From NCBI GenBank assembly GCA_965214705.1, contig OZ243972.1:512001-576000 (forward strand): DNA of 64,000 bases, given 5' to 3'. This stretch comes from Alphaproteobacteria bacterium (GTDB taxonomy: Bacteria > Pseudomonadota > Alphaproteobacteria > UBA828). The position numbers and the translations under genes were made by a program. This document shows positions 10,766 to 20,688 of this stretch, piece by piece. Within the stretch, counting starts at the first letter, position 1. Each line of letters opens with the position of its first letter. The notes beneath the pieces are model-generated. The model had not been told where the DNA came from. It saw only the letters and a list, made by a program, of their open reading frames with translations, and did no database searches.

Positions 10766-11725
10766 ATGAGGCGGCTACTCGACGAGTTCCGCGAGAACCG
10801 GCTCATGCTGCCGACGGTGCTGCTGCTGCTCGGCGGCATCTCATACGGCAGCCTGTTCACCGCCAACAAGATCGCGATCGACGCGGGCTTCCCCTTCATC
10901 GCCTATTCGTTCTGGCAGGCGCTGTTCGCGGGTGTGGTAACGCTGGTGCTGGCCGGGATCGTCTCCAAGCCGCCGTCGCTCGGGAAAGAGAACCTCCGGG
11001 TCTTCGGGCTGGTGGCGGTCTTCGGCTTTTTGGGCCCGCTTCTGGTCGTCACCTACGTCGCCGACCGCCTGCCGCCGGCGGTGCTCACGCTCTGCGCGGC
11101 GCTGATCCCGGCGACCACCTACTCGCTGACCCTCGTACTGAGGTTCGACCGCTTCCGCTGGCTCAGCGTCGGCGGCGTGCTCTTGGGTTTCGGCGGGATC
11201 CTGCTCATCGTCGTGCCCACGGGCAGCCTGCCGGAGTCAGGCGCCTGGGTGTGGGTGCTGTTCTCGCTGCTGATGCCGATGTCTGCGGCGGTGAACAATG
11301 TCGCGGGCGCGCGCTTCTCGCCGGTGGGTGTGAGTGCGTTCGCGCTCTGCGGCGGCATGATGATGGTGGCCGCGCTCCTGCTGCTGATCGTGATGCTCGC
11401 GCAAGGCGAGCTCTTCCTGCCGACCGACGCCGACTCCTCCGGTCTCTGGGGCCTGCTCTGGGCCACGGCAGGCCAGGCGATCACCTACAGCTGCTTCTTC
11501 GAGATCGTGCGTCGCGCCGGCGCGCTCTTCTTCGCACAGCTCAACTACGTGGTGGTGGCGGCCGGCATCTTCTGGGCCAGCATCTTCTTCGGTGCGGCGC
11601 TCAGCCACTGGGTCTGGGCTGCGGTCGCGGTGCTGGTGGCGAGCCTCGTTCTGATCAACGCCGGTACGGCGCGAGGCCTGCGCGAGCAGGCCGCCCGTTT
11701 CGAGGCCAAGCGGTCGGACCAATAA
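10766..11725 (+). CDS. DMT/EamA-family transporter
   Basis: About 10 hydrophobic segments in two EamA-like repeats (GVLLGFGGILLIV). Confidence 0.85.
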   Translation: MRRLLDEFRENRLMLPTVLLLLGGISYGSLFTANKIAIDAGFPFIAYSFWQALFAGVVTLVLAGIVSKPPSLGKENLRVFGLVAVFGFLGPLLVVTYVADRLPPAVLTLCAALIPATTYSLTLVLRFDRFRWLSVGGVLLGFGGILLIVVPTGSLPESGAWVWVLFSLLMPMSAAVNNVAGARFSPVGVSAFALCGGMMMVAALLLLIVMLAQGELFLPTDADSSGLWGLLWATAGQAITYSCFFEIVRRAGALFFAQLNYVVVAAGIFWASIFFGAALSHWVWAAVAVLVASLVLINAGTARGLREQAARFEAKRSDQ

Positions 11726-11797
11726 CAGCGATAACGTCTTGCCGCGTCACGCAAATCAGCCTATCAACCGCGAGCATTTGAGCGACGACAGCGAACG

Positions 11798-13039
11798 ATG
11801 GCGTTCGGCCTCCTGAAATACGGCCTCTCCCGGCGCCGGCCGGTGAAGCGCTTCCTCGCCGCCCGGCCGGAGCTTCGGCCGAGCTATGACGTGGCGATCA
11901 TCGGCGGCGGCGGCCACGGGCTTGCGGCTGCCTACTACCTCGCGGCCAGGCACGGCGTGCGCAACGTCGCGGTGTTCGACAAAGGCTATCTCGGCGGCGG
12001 CAACACCGGGCGCAACACAGCCATCATCCGCTCCAACTATCTGACGCCGGAAGGGGTGGCTTTCTACGAGGAATCGATGCGGCTCTATCGCGGCCTCAGC
12101 GAGGAGCTCGACTACAACATCCTCTATTCTGAGCGCGGGCACTTCACGCTGGCGCATTCCGATTCCGCCATGCGCACCTCGCGCTGGCGGGCCGAAGTGA
12201 ACAAGCATCTGGGTGTCGATTCCGAGGTCGTCGAGCGCGACGAGCTCGCACGCCTCGTGCCGCTGCTCAATATGTCCGAGGACGTGCGCCATCCGGTGCT
12301 GGGCGCACTCTATCATCCGCCCGGCGCGGTCGCCCGCCACGATGCGGTCGCCTGGGGCTATGCCGGCCGCGCCCAGGAGCTCGGGGTCGAGATCCATCAG
12401 GAGACCGAGGTCACCGGCATAAAGATCGAGAGCGGGCGCGTCGTCGGACTCGAGACCAGCCGGGGGCCGATCGCCTGCGGCAAGGCGATGCAGGCGGTGG
12501 CGGGCCTCAGCGGGCAGGTCGCGCGGCTCGCGGGCTTCACGCTGCCGATCCGCACCGTGCCGCTGCAGGCCTGCGTCTCGCTGCCGCTCAAACCCTTCCT
12601 CGACCCGATCATCGTCTCGGGCAGCCTGCACGTCTACATCTCGCAGTCCGACCGGGGCGAGCTGGTGATGGGCGGCGCAACCGACCCCTACCCGCGCTAT
12701 CAGACTTCCTCGACCCTCGACTTCATGGAGGGGCTGATGGCGCACATCCTGGAGCTCTTCCCCTTCATGGTGGACGTCCCGGTGCTGCGCCAGTGGGCCG
12801 GCATGACCGACATGACGCCCGACTTCGCGCCGGTCATGGGGCTCACGCCGGTCGAGAACTACTACATCGATTCAGGCTGGGGCACCTGGGGCTTCAAGGC
12901 GACGCCGGTCTGCGGCACCACCATGGCGGAGATGATCGCGACCGGCCGCGTGCCCGAGTTGATCAAGGAGTTCCGCCTCGACCGCTTCCGCGACTTCTCG
13001 CTCCTGGGCGAGAAGGGCGCGGCCTCGGTCGGGCACTAG
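11798..13039 (+). CDS. mgdA: N-methylglutamate dehydrogenase subunit A / sarcosine oxidase beta-like FAD oxidoreductase
   Basis: IIGGGGHGLAAAYYLA, GGNTGRNTAIIRSNYLTPEG, GWGTWGFKATP, GEKGAASVGH. Confidence 0.75.
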   Translation: MAFGLLKYGLSRRRPVKRFLAARPELRPSYDVAIIGGGGHGLAAAYYLAARHGVRNVAVFDKGYLGGGNTGRNTAIIRSNYLTPEGVAFYEESMRLYRGLSEELDYNILYSERGHFTLAHSDSAMRTSRWRAEVNKHLGVDSEVVERDELARLVPLLNMSEDVRHPVLGALYHPPGAVARHDAVAWGYAGRAQELGVEIHQETEVTGIKIESGRVVGLETSRGPIACGKAMQAVAGLSGQVARLAGFTLPIRTVPLQACVSLPLKPFLDPIIVSGSLHVYISQSDRGELVMGGATDPYPRYQTSSTLDFMEGLMAHILELFPFMVDVPVLRQWAGMTDMTPDFAPVMGLTPVENYYIDSGWGTWGFKATPVCGTTMAEMIATGRVPELIKEFRLDRFRDFSLLGEKGAASVGH

Positions 13040-13065
13040 GGGCTCCGGGTGGCGAAGGTGCGGCC

Positions 13066-13689
13066 ATGAAAATCATGCCCTGCCCCCTCAACGGGCCGCG
13101 CAATATCCAGGAGTTCATCTGCGCCGGCACCGTGGAGCCGCATCCCGATCCCAACCGGTGCTCGGACGACGAGTGGACCGAGTTCGTCTGGATGGAGGAG
13201 AACCTGGGCGGCGTGGTACGCGAGTGGTGGTGTCACGTCGCGACCGCCTACTGGTTCATCGCCGAGCGCAACACGGTGACCGACGAGATCCTTGCCACCT
13301 ATCCGGCCAACCGGGTTTTCTCTGAGCGCGTCGAATTCGAACCTCTGCCACCGCCTCCAGAGCCCGCAGCCGCACCCGAGCCGCGGAAGCAGGCCGCACC
13401 ACCGCCGCCACCTACACCGCCGGAAGCACCGCCACCACCGCCTGAGGCCGCGCCCACCGAGGCCACACAGGAGGAGCCCGCCGCGCCCGAGCCGGAGCCG
13501 CAATCCGAACCTGCCGAGGCCGCGGCGGAAACGCCGGAAGCTCCAGAACAAGCCGTGCCGGCCGACGCCGAAGGCGATACACCCGCCGACGAGGCGTCCA
13601 CAGACGATTCATCCGCAGACGACGCGCCAGCAGACGATAAGCCTGCCGACGACGCGTCGTCCCGCGAGCCCAAGGATCCGGCCGCATGA
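13066..13689 (+). CDS. mgdB: N-methylglutamate dehydrogenase subunit B / sarcosine oxidase delta-like, with long P/A/E/D tail
   Basis: MKIMPCPLNGPRNIQEF, REWWCH, FIAERNTVTDEI. Confidence 0.72.
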   Translation: MKIMPCPLNGPRNIQEFICAGTVEPHPDPNRCSDDEWTEFVWMEENLGGVVREWWCHVATAYWFIAERNTVTDEILATYPANRVFSERVEFEPLPPPPEPAAAPEPRKQAAPPPPPTPPEAPPPPPEAAPTEATQEEPAAPEPEPQSEPAEAAAETPEAPEQAVPADAEGDTPADEASTDDSSADDAPADDKPADDASSREPKDPAA

Positions 13690-16595
13690 TGGCACGGCTG
13701 CCGGAGCCCGCAGGGCTGCTTCTCGATCGCACGGAACCGGTCTCGTTCCGCTTCGAGGGCAAGCAGTTTCAGGGCTATCGCGGCGATACGGTGGCGAGCG
13801 CGCTGGCGGCGAACGACGTCTCGGTGCTCTCGCGCTCCTTCAAGTATCACCGCCCGCGCGGCATCCATTCGCTCTCCGGTCTCGATGCGAACACGCTGGT
13901 CCAGGTCGGCCCCGCACCCAACCGCTTCGCGGACCGCGAGCCGCTGGTTCCCAATCTGGAGGTCACGGGCCAGAACTATTGGGGGACGCTGCGGCACGAC
14001 CGGCTCGCGGTGTTCGGCCTGCTGCACCGCTTCTTCCCCGTGGGCTTCTACTACAAGGCGTTCTACAAGCCGCGTTGGACCTGGCCGCTCTGGGCCAAGA
14101 TGATCCGCCGGATCGCGGGCCTCGGCACCGTCGATACCCATGCGCCGCACGGCTATTTCGACAAGCAGTACCTCTTCTGCGACGTACTGGTGGTGGGCGG
14201 CGGCGCGGCGGGGCTCGCGGCGGCATCGCAAGCGGCGGCCGCCGGTGCCGAGGTCATCCTGGTGGACGAGAACGCGGCTCTCGGCGGCAGGCTTCTCTAC
14301 GGTCGCCCCGATGCCGGCGGCATCCGCGCGGACGAGGAGCGGGCCCGGCTCGTGGGCGATGTCGAGGGCTCGGATCGCATCTCGGTGATGACCGAAACCG
14401 CATGCCTCGGCCGCTACGCCGACAACTGGCTGCCGCTGGTGCGCGGCAACCGGCTCTACAAGCTCCGGACCAAGGCGCTGGTGGTTGCCACCGGCTCGCT
14501 CGAGCAACCGCTGGTCTTCCGCAACAACGACCTGCCCGGCGTCATGCTGAGCAGCGCGGCGCAGCGCCTGATCAAGCTCTATGGCGTGAAGCCCGGCCGC
14601 CGCGCCGTGGTCGCGACGGCGGACGACGAAGGCTACGGCGCGGCTCTCGACCTGCTGGATGCGGGCGTCGAGGTGGCGGCGGTGGTCGATCTCCGCATGG
14701 ATGCGCCGCGCACCGCGATGAGCGACACGCTCGCGGCGCGCCGGGTGCCGGTCCACGTCGCTTCGGCGCCGTGGGAGGCCGTGCCCCAGCGCAAGGGGCC
14801 ACGCCTCGCGCGCGTCCGCGTCGCCCGGATCGAGGAAGACGGCGTGTGCGCGCCCTCCGTGGACAGTTTCACCTGCGACCTGCTGGTCGTGAGCGGCGGT
14901 CACGCGCCGGCGGCCGCACTGCTGCGCCAGGCGGGTGCTACGTTCAGGTACGACAGCGCGCGCCACGCGACCACCGTCGCGGAGCTCCCGCCCGATGTCT
15001 TTGCCGCAGGCGACGTGGCCGGAATCAACGGCCTCGATGCCGCGATGGCCGACGGCCGCCGCGCCGGCTGGCAGGCCGCGCAGGCTGCCGGGCTCGACGC
15101 GGGGCCTGAGCCCGCTGCCCCTGCGGAGGAGGAGCCGGCGGCAGCGCAGGCTGCGTGGCCGATCTTCCCGCATCCAGACCACAAGGCCTTCGTCGATCTG
15201 GACGAGGACGTGCAGGTTCACGATCTGGAAGACGCGATCGCCGAGGGCTACGACCACGTCGAGCTGCTCAAGCGCTTCACCACCAACGGCATGGGGCCAT
15301 CGCAGGGCCGCCATTCGTCGCTGAACGCGGTGCGCATTCTGGCACGGTCAAAGGCGCGGAGCGTCGACGAGACCGGCGTCACCACGGTGCGCCAGCCCAT
15401 CGTGCCGGTCACCATGGGCCATTTGGCGGGCCGCAGCTTCGAGCCGGTGCGCTACACGGCGATGCACTTCCGCCATCTGGAGGCCGGCGCCACCATGATG
15501 CCGGCGGGGCTCTGGCTCCGGCCCGAGTTCTACGGCGACAAGGCGCGGCGCCAGGCGCTGATCCGGGAGGAGGCCAAGAACGTCCGCGACAACGTGGGCA
15601 TCATTGATGTCTCGACCTTGGGCGGGCTCGACGTGCGCGGGCCGGACGCGGCTGAGTTCATGAACCGGATGTACACCTTCGCTTACCTCAAGCAGCCGGT
15701 AGGCCGCTCGCGCTACGTGCTGATGACTGACCTCGGCGGCGTGGTGGTGGACGACGGCGTCGCCTGCCGCATGCACGAGGACCACTTCTACGTCACGGCG
15801 ACCACCTCTGGCGTCGACAACGTCTACCGCGAGATGCTCTGGTACAACGCCCAGTGGCGGCTCAAGGTCGACGTGACCAACGTCACCGCCGCGCTCGCGG
15901 GCGTCAATATCGCGGGCCCCAACTGCCGCCCGGTGCTGGAAACGCTCTGCGACGATGTCGACCTCTCGCCCGAGGGCTTCCCCTACATGGGCGTGCGGGA
16001 GGGCCATGTCGCCGGCATCCCCACGATCTTTCTCAGGGTCGGCTTCGTGGGCGAGCTCGGCTACGAGCTGCACGTGCCGGCGAGCCAGGGCGAGGCGCTC
16101 TGGGATGCGCTCATGGAAGCCGGCAAGAACCACGGCATCCGGCCCTTCGGCGTCGAGGCGCAGCGCCTGCTCAGGCTGGAGAAGGGCCACATCCTTATCG
16201 GCCAGGATACCGACGGCCTCACCACCCCCCACGAGGCGGACATGGCCTGGGCGCTCGCCAAGAAGAAGCCATTCCACGTCGGCATCCGCTCGGTGCGGAT
16301 GCAGGCGGCGAAGGGGCTTACCCGCAAGCTGGTGGGCTTCGAGATGCCGGGCGTCGGAGTGGAACAGCCCAAGGAGTGCCACCTGGTGATCCGCGGTGGC
16401 GAGATCACCGGGCGGGTCACCTCGGTCGCCTACTCGCCGAACCTGGACAAGATCGTGGGCCTTGCCTACGTCGCGCCCGACCAGAGCGAGCCCGGCACCA
16501 AGATCGAGATCCGGGTGGACGGTGCGCGCATGGTGAGCGCGACCGTGGCGAAAATCCCGTTCTTCGACCCCGACGGCGCGCGGCAGGAGCTCTGA
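13686..16595 (+). CDS. mgdC: N-methylglutamate dehydrogenase subunit C / sarcosine oxidase alpha-like
   Basis: GDTVASAL, SRSFKYHRPRG, KRFTTNGMGPSQG and a GcvT-like C-terminus (GFVGELGYE, LRLEKGH). Confidence 0.78.
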   Translation: MMARLPEPAGLLLDRTEPVSFRFEGKQFQGYRGDTVASALAANDVSVLSRSFKYHRPRGIHSLSGLDANTLVQVGPAPNRFADREPLVPNLEVTGQNYWGTLRHDRLAVFGLLHRFFPVGFYYKAFYKPRWTWPLWAKMIRRIAGLGTVDTHAPHGYFDKQYLFCDVLVVGGGAAGLAAASQAAAAGAEVILVDENAALGGRLLYGRPDAGGIRADEERARLVGDVEGSDRISVMTETACLGRYADNWLPLVRGNRLYKLRTKALVVATGSLEQPLVFRNNDLPGVMLSSAAQRLIKLYGVKPGRRAVVATADDEGYGAALDLLDAGVEVAAVVDLRMDAPRTAMSDTLAARRVPVHVASAPWEAVPQRKGPRLARVRVARIEEDGVCAPSVDSFTCDLLVVSGGHAPAAALLRQAGATFRYDSARHATTVAELPPDVFAAGDVAGINGLDAAMADGRRAGWQAAQAAGLDAGPEPAAPAEEEPAAAQAAWPIFPHPDHKAFVDLDEDVQVHDLEDAIAEGYDHVELLKRFTTNGMGPSQGRHSSLNAVRILARSKARSVDETGVTTVRQPIVPVTMGHLAGRSFEPVRYTAMHFRHLEAGATMMPAGLWLRPEFYGDKARRQALIREEAKNVRDNVGIIDVSTLGGLDVRGPDAAEFMNRMYTFAYLKQPVGRSRYVLMTDLGGVVVDDGVACRMHEDHFYVTATTSGVDNVYREMLWYNAQWRLKVDVTNVTAALAGVNIAGPNCRPVLETLCDDVDLSPEGFPYMGVREGHVAGIPTIFLRVGFVGELGYELHVPASQGEALWDALMEAGKNHGIRPFGVEAQRLLRLEKGHILIGQDTDGLTTPHEADMAWALAKKKPFHVGIRSVRMQAAKGLTRKLVGFEMPGVGVEQPKECHLVIRGGEITGRVTSVAYSPNLDKIVGLAYVAPDQSEPGTKIEIRVDGARMVSATVAKIPFFDPDGARQEL

Positions 16596-16597
16596 CG

Positions 16598-17329
16598 GTG
16601 GCAATTCCCGCAGAGGAACGGCGACGCTCGCCGCTCTACCGCGCGCTGGAGGCGCACGGCGCGCGCTTCGAGGCGTTGGGCGGCTATGCGGTGGCCAGCG
16701 ACTTCGGGCGGGAGGCCGCTGCCGAGGCAGCACAAGCGGAATCCCTGGGCCTTGCCGACCTCACGCCCTTTCCGCGCGTCGGCTTCAAGGGCTGGAACAT
16801 CGCCCCCTGGCTCGCCGGCAATGGCGCCGAGATGGGCGAGGCGAGCAACCGGACCTATCCCCAGGCCGATGGCACCCGCATCGCGCGGCTTGCGCCCGGC
16901 GAGGCGCTGGTGCTCGCAGATCGCGGCGGGGCCGGCCCGCTGATCCAGACCCTCGATGGGGCGTGGAGCATGGCGGAGGCGGACGGCTGCTTCCGCGTCA
17001 GGCGGGACGAGACCAGCTGCTGGCTGCTGCTCACCGGCGCGCATGCGCCCTCGATGCTCGCCAAGGTCTGCGCCGTCGATATGAGGCCCCAGGTCTTCGC
17101 AGAGGACGCCATCGCCCAGACCAACGTCGCCCGCCTCAACGTGATCGTGATCCGGGGCGACCTCGGCCCAGTGCCCGCCTACGACCTGATCACCGACCTC
17201 GCTTCGGCGGTCTATCTATGGGGTGCGCTGCTCGATGCCGTGGCCGAGTACGACGGCGCGCCGATCGGCCTCGCCGCGATCCGCGCTCTATTGGATGGCG
17301 GCGGCGAGGAGGACGCGCCTAGCTCTTGA
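16598..17329 (+). CDS. mgdD: N-methylglutamate dehydrogenase subunit D / sarcosine oxidase gamma-like
   Basis: RRSPLY, LADLTPFPRVGFKG, MLAKVCAVDMRP; GTG start just after the mgdC stop. Confidence 0.72.
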   Translation: MAIPAEERRRSPLYRALEAHGARFEALGGYAVASDFGREAAAEAAQAESLGLADLTPFPRVGFKGWNIAPWLAGNGAEMGEASNRTYPQADGTRIARLAPGEALVLADRGGAGPLIQTLDGAWSMAEADGCFRVRRDETSCWLLLTGAHAPSMLAKVCAVDMRPQVFAEDAIAQTNVARLNVIVIRGDLGPVPAYDLITDLASAVYLWGALLDAVAEYDGAPIGLAAIRALLDGGGEEDAPSS

Positions 17330-17504
17330 AGAGCGAGTCCGCCTTGCTCAGGTAGTCCGTCTTCGCGTGGATGGCGCCGCGCACCCGCTCCAGCTCCTCT
17401 TCAAGCTGCCCGGCATAGTGGTTGAGCGCCTCCACCGACATGTCGTCGAGCACGCGCGGGGACCATTCCTGCTCGCGCGGGATGCGAATTGGCTCCTCGT
17501 CCAT
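17319..17504 (-). CDS. DUF1192-family small coiled-coil protein
   Basis: LDDMSVEALNHYAGQLEEELERVR...ADSLFKS; usual position divergent from the quinone oxidoreductase. Confidence 0.75.
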   Translation of the reverse strand: MDEEPIRIPREQEWSPRVLDDMSVEALNHYAGQLEEELERVRGAIHAKTDYLSKADSLFKS

Positions 17505-17571
17505 GCCATTTCTCCTGCGTCGGCCGGGCCCGCTTGAGTATAGTCGCGCGCGCAAATCGTTTGGAGGCGTC

Positions 17572-18579
17572 ATGGCAAAGTTGCCCAATGAAATGACCGT
17601 CGTCGAGATCACCGAACCCGGCGGGCCCGAGGTCCTGCGCCCTGCGCGCAGGCCGGTGCCCGAACCCGGCCTGGGCGAGGTGCTGATCGAGGTGGCGGCA
17701 GCCGGGGTCAACCGGCCGGACGTGATGCAACGTCAGGGCGCCTATCCGCCGCCGCCCGGCGCCTCCGATCTTCCGGGGCTGGAGGTTGCGGGCCACGTGG
17801 TGGCGAATGGCCCCGGTGCGCACCGCTACGCGGCGGGCGATGCCGTCTGCGCGCTCACCCACGGCGGCGGTTATGCGGAGTACTGCGTCGCGCCGGAGAC
17901 GCAGACGCTCCCGGTCCCGGCAGGGCTCCCGGTGGTCGATGCCGCCGGCTTGCCCGAGACCTGCTTCACGGTCTGGACCAATGCCTTCGAGCGTGCCCGG
18001 CTCCGCGCCGGCGAACGGCTGCTGGTCCATGGCGGCAGCAGCGGCATCGGCACCACCGCGATCCAGATCGCGTCCGCGTTGGGCGTCCGCGTCTTCGCCA
18101 CCGCCGGCTCGGCGGAGAAGTGCGCTGCCTGCGAAAATCTCGGCGCCGAACGGGCGATCGACTACCGCAACGAGGACTTCGTCAGCGTGGTGAAGGAGAT
18201 AACCGGCGGCGAGGGGGTCGATGTCGTGCTCGACATCGTTGGTGGCAGCTACCTGCAGCGCAATCTCGCAGCGCTCCGGCCCGAGGGCCGGCTGGCGCAG
18301 ATCGCCGTGCAGGAGGCGTCGAAATCCCAGATCGACCTTTTCGCGCTCATGCGCAAACGGCTCACCATCGTGGGTTCAACGCTCAGGCCCCAGAGCGTGG
18401 AGAGCAAGGCCCGCATCGCCGCAGCGCTGGAGGAGACCGTCTGGCCGCTGATCGAGGCAGGGCTGGTGCGGCCGGTCATCGACACGCGGTTGCCGCTCGA
18501 CCAGGCGGCGGCGGCTCACGCCCGCATGGAGGCAGGCCAGCACATCGGCAAAATCCTGCTGGAGCGCACGAACGAGTAA
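17572..18579 (+). CDS. NAD(P)H-quinone oxidoreductase, PIG3 family
   Basis: AAGVNRPDVMQRQG, PGLEVAG, HGGSSGIGTTAIQ, GSTLRP, HIGKILL. Confidence 0.92.
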   Translation: MAKLPNEMTVVEITEPGGPEVLRPARRPVPEPGLGEVLIEVAAAGVNRPDVMQRQGAYPPPPGASDLPGLEVAGHVVANGPGAHRYAAGDAVCALTHGGGYAEYCVAPETQTLPVPAGLPVVDAAGLPETCFTVWTNAFERARLRAGERLLVHGGSSGIGTTAIQIASALGVRVFATAGSAEKCAACENLGAERAIDYRNEDFVSVVKEITGGEGVDVVLDIVGGSYLQRNLAALRPEGRLAQIAVQEASKSQIDLFALMRKRLTIVGSTLRPQSVESKARIAAALEETVWPLIEAGLVRPVIDTRLPLDQAAAAHARMEAGQHIGKILLERTNE

Positions 18580-18708
18580 TGTCCGGTGAACTGCGGCTTT
18601 GCGCTCCCCACATCTAAGCGATATACCGACCGCCTCACACGTGGCTGCGGGCGATAATGCCGGCCGTGGCACAGTTGCGCGTGGGCAGCAGTGGAAGGAA
18701 CCAATAAG

Positions 18709-19452
18709 ATGGCCGAGTTGCTGATGCCCAAGGCCACGGCGGTGTGGCTGATCGACAACACCACGCTCACCTTCGATCAGATTGCGGCGTTCTGCGAGCT
18801 GCATCCGCTCGAGGTGCAGGGCATCGCCGATGGCGAGGTCGCAGTCGGTATTCGCGGCCTCGACCCCGTCGCCAACGGGCAGGTCAGCCGCGAGGATATC
18901 CAGCGCTGCGAAGAGGATTCCTCCCAGCGGCTAGAAGCCATCGGCCCGGCCCCGGAAGTGCCGCAGCGCACCCGACGCGCCCGCTACACGCCGGTCAGCA
19001 AACGGCAGGACCGCCCCAACGCCATCGCCTGGCTGCTCAAAAACTACGACGAGCTGAGCGACGCGCAGATCGGCAAGCTGCTCGGCACCACCAAGGCGAC
19101 GATCAACGCCGTGCGCGAGCGGACCCACTGGAACACGCCCAACATCACGCCGCAGGACCCGATCCTGTTGGGCATCTGCACCGAGGCGGAGCTTCTCGAC
19201 GCGGTGCGCAAGGCGCGCGCCAGGGCGGAGCGGGCGGCGGCGCGGGAGGAAAAGGCTGCCGAGGCGGCTGCAGCCGAGGCGTCTGCCGCAGCGGCCCAAG
19301 CGTCGCCAGCGCCGCCGCAGGTTGACGCGTCGCCGGTCCAGCCGGACGATGATGCGCCGCCAGCCGCCGCAGAAGCTGGTCCGTCCGACTCCGGCATGCC
19401 GGGCGAAGGCGGCGGGCCCGCAGACGAACTGCAGCCGGAAGCGGCCGACTGA
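18709..19452 (+). CDS. trcR: DUF1013-family cell-cycle transcriptional regulator TrcR
   Basis: LMPKATAVWLIDNT, YTPVSKRQDRPNAIAWL, RERTHWN. Confidence 0.88.
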   Translation: MAELLMPKATAVWLIDNTTLTFDQIAAFCELHPLEVQGIADGEVAVGIRGLDPVANGQVSREDIQRCEEDSSQRLEAIGPAPEVPQRTRRARYTPVSKRQDRPNAIAWLLKNYDELSDAQIGKLLGTTKATINAVRERTHWNTPNITPQDPILLGICTEAELLDAVRKARARAERAAAREEKAAEAAAAEASAAAAQASPAPPQVDASPVQPDDDAPPAAAEAGPSDSGMPGEGGGPADELQPEAAD

Positions 19453-19524
19453 CCGCCGGCCACGACAGCCGCGCCGAGCGGGCCGCCTGGGCGGCCACGG
19501 CGGGCACCATTATCAATTGGGGAA

Positions 19525-20652
19525 ATGACGGCCATGCTCATCGGCGTTCCCAAGGAGACCAAGGTCCACGAGTACCGCGTCGGCATCCCGCCCGGCGGCG
19601 TGCGCGAGCTCGTGCAGCACGGCCATCGGGTCTTGGTCGAGAAGGACGCCGGGACCGAAATCGGGCTCCTCGACGTGCATTACGAGCGCGCCGGCGCCCA
19701 GGTGGTGGATGACGCGGCGGAGATCTTTGGCGCGGCCGAGATGATCGTGAAGGTGAAGGAGCCTTCGCCGGACGAATGCGCCATGCTGCGGGCCGACCAG
19801 GTGCTCTTCACCTATCTCCACCTCGCGGCCGATGCCGCCCAGACCGACGCTCTAATCGATTCCAGCTGCATCGCCATCGCCTACGAGACGGTGACCGATG
19901 CGCGGGGCGGCCTGCCGCTGCTCGCGCCCATGAGCGAAGTCGCGGGCCGCATGTCGATCCAGGCGGGCGCCCATTGCCTTGAGAAGGAGCAGGGGGGTCG
20001 GGGCGTGCTGCTTGGCGGTGTCCCCGGCGTGCCGCCGGCCGACGTGGTGATCCTGGGCGGCGGCGTGGTGGGCACCCACGCGGCCCGCATGGCCGTCGGC
20101 ATGGGCGCGCAGGTCACGATCATCGACCGCTCGATCCCGCGCCTCCGCCAGCTGGAGGAGATCTTCGGCGCCAGCGCCACGACCGTCTACTCCACCGTCC
20201 AGGCCATCGAGGAGACGGTGAACAACGCCGACCTAGTCATCGGCGCCGTGCTCATTGCCGGTGCCGCCGCGCCCAAGCTGGTGCGCCGCGACATGCTGGA
20301 CGACATGCGCCGCAATGCCGTCGTGGTCGACGTGGCGATCGACCAGGGCGGCTGCTTCGAGACCAGCCGGCCGACCACCCATGCCGATCCCACCTACAAG
20401 GTGGCCAACGTCCTGCACTACTGCGTCACCAACATGCCGGGCGCCGTGGCCCGCACCTCCACCTTCGCGCTCAGCAACGCGACGCTGCCCTTCGTGCTCG
20501 CGCTCGCGGGGCGCGGCTGGCAGCAGGCCTTGCGCGACGATGATCACCTCATGCACGGGCTCAACGTCTGCCGCGGGCGCGTCACCCACGAGGCGGTGGC
20601 GCTCGACCTCGGCCACGACTACCTCGCGCCGGAGCGCGCACTCGCCGCCTGA
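19525..20652 (+). CDS. ald: Alanine dehydrogenase
   Basis: [44 protein letters not shown]. Confidence 0.95.
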   Translation: MTAMLIGVPKETKVHEYRVGIPPGGVRELVQHGHRVLVEKDAGTEIGLLDVHYERAGAQVVDDAAEIFGAAEMIVKVKEPSPDECAMLRADQVLFTYLHLAADAAQTDALIDSSCIAIAYETVTDARGGLPLLAPMSEVAGRMSIQAGAHCLEKEQGGRGVLLGGVPGVPPADVVILGGGVVGTHAARMAVGMGAQVTIIDRSIPRLRQLEEIFGASATTVYSTVQAIEETVNNADLVIGAVLIAGAAAPKLVRRDMLDDMRRNAVVVDVAIDQGGCFETSRPTTHADPTYKVANVLHYCVTNMPGAVARTSTFALSNATLPFVLALAGRGWQQALRDDDHLMHGLNVCRGRVTHEAVALDLGHDYLAPERALAA

Positions 20653-20688
20653 CCGGCACAAAGAACCGACGAGAATCGGGGGACTGTG

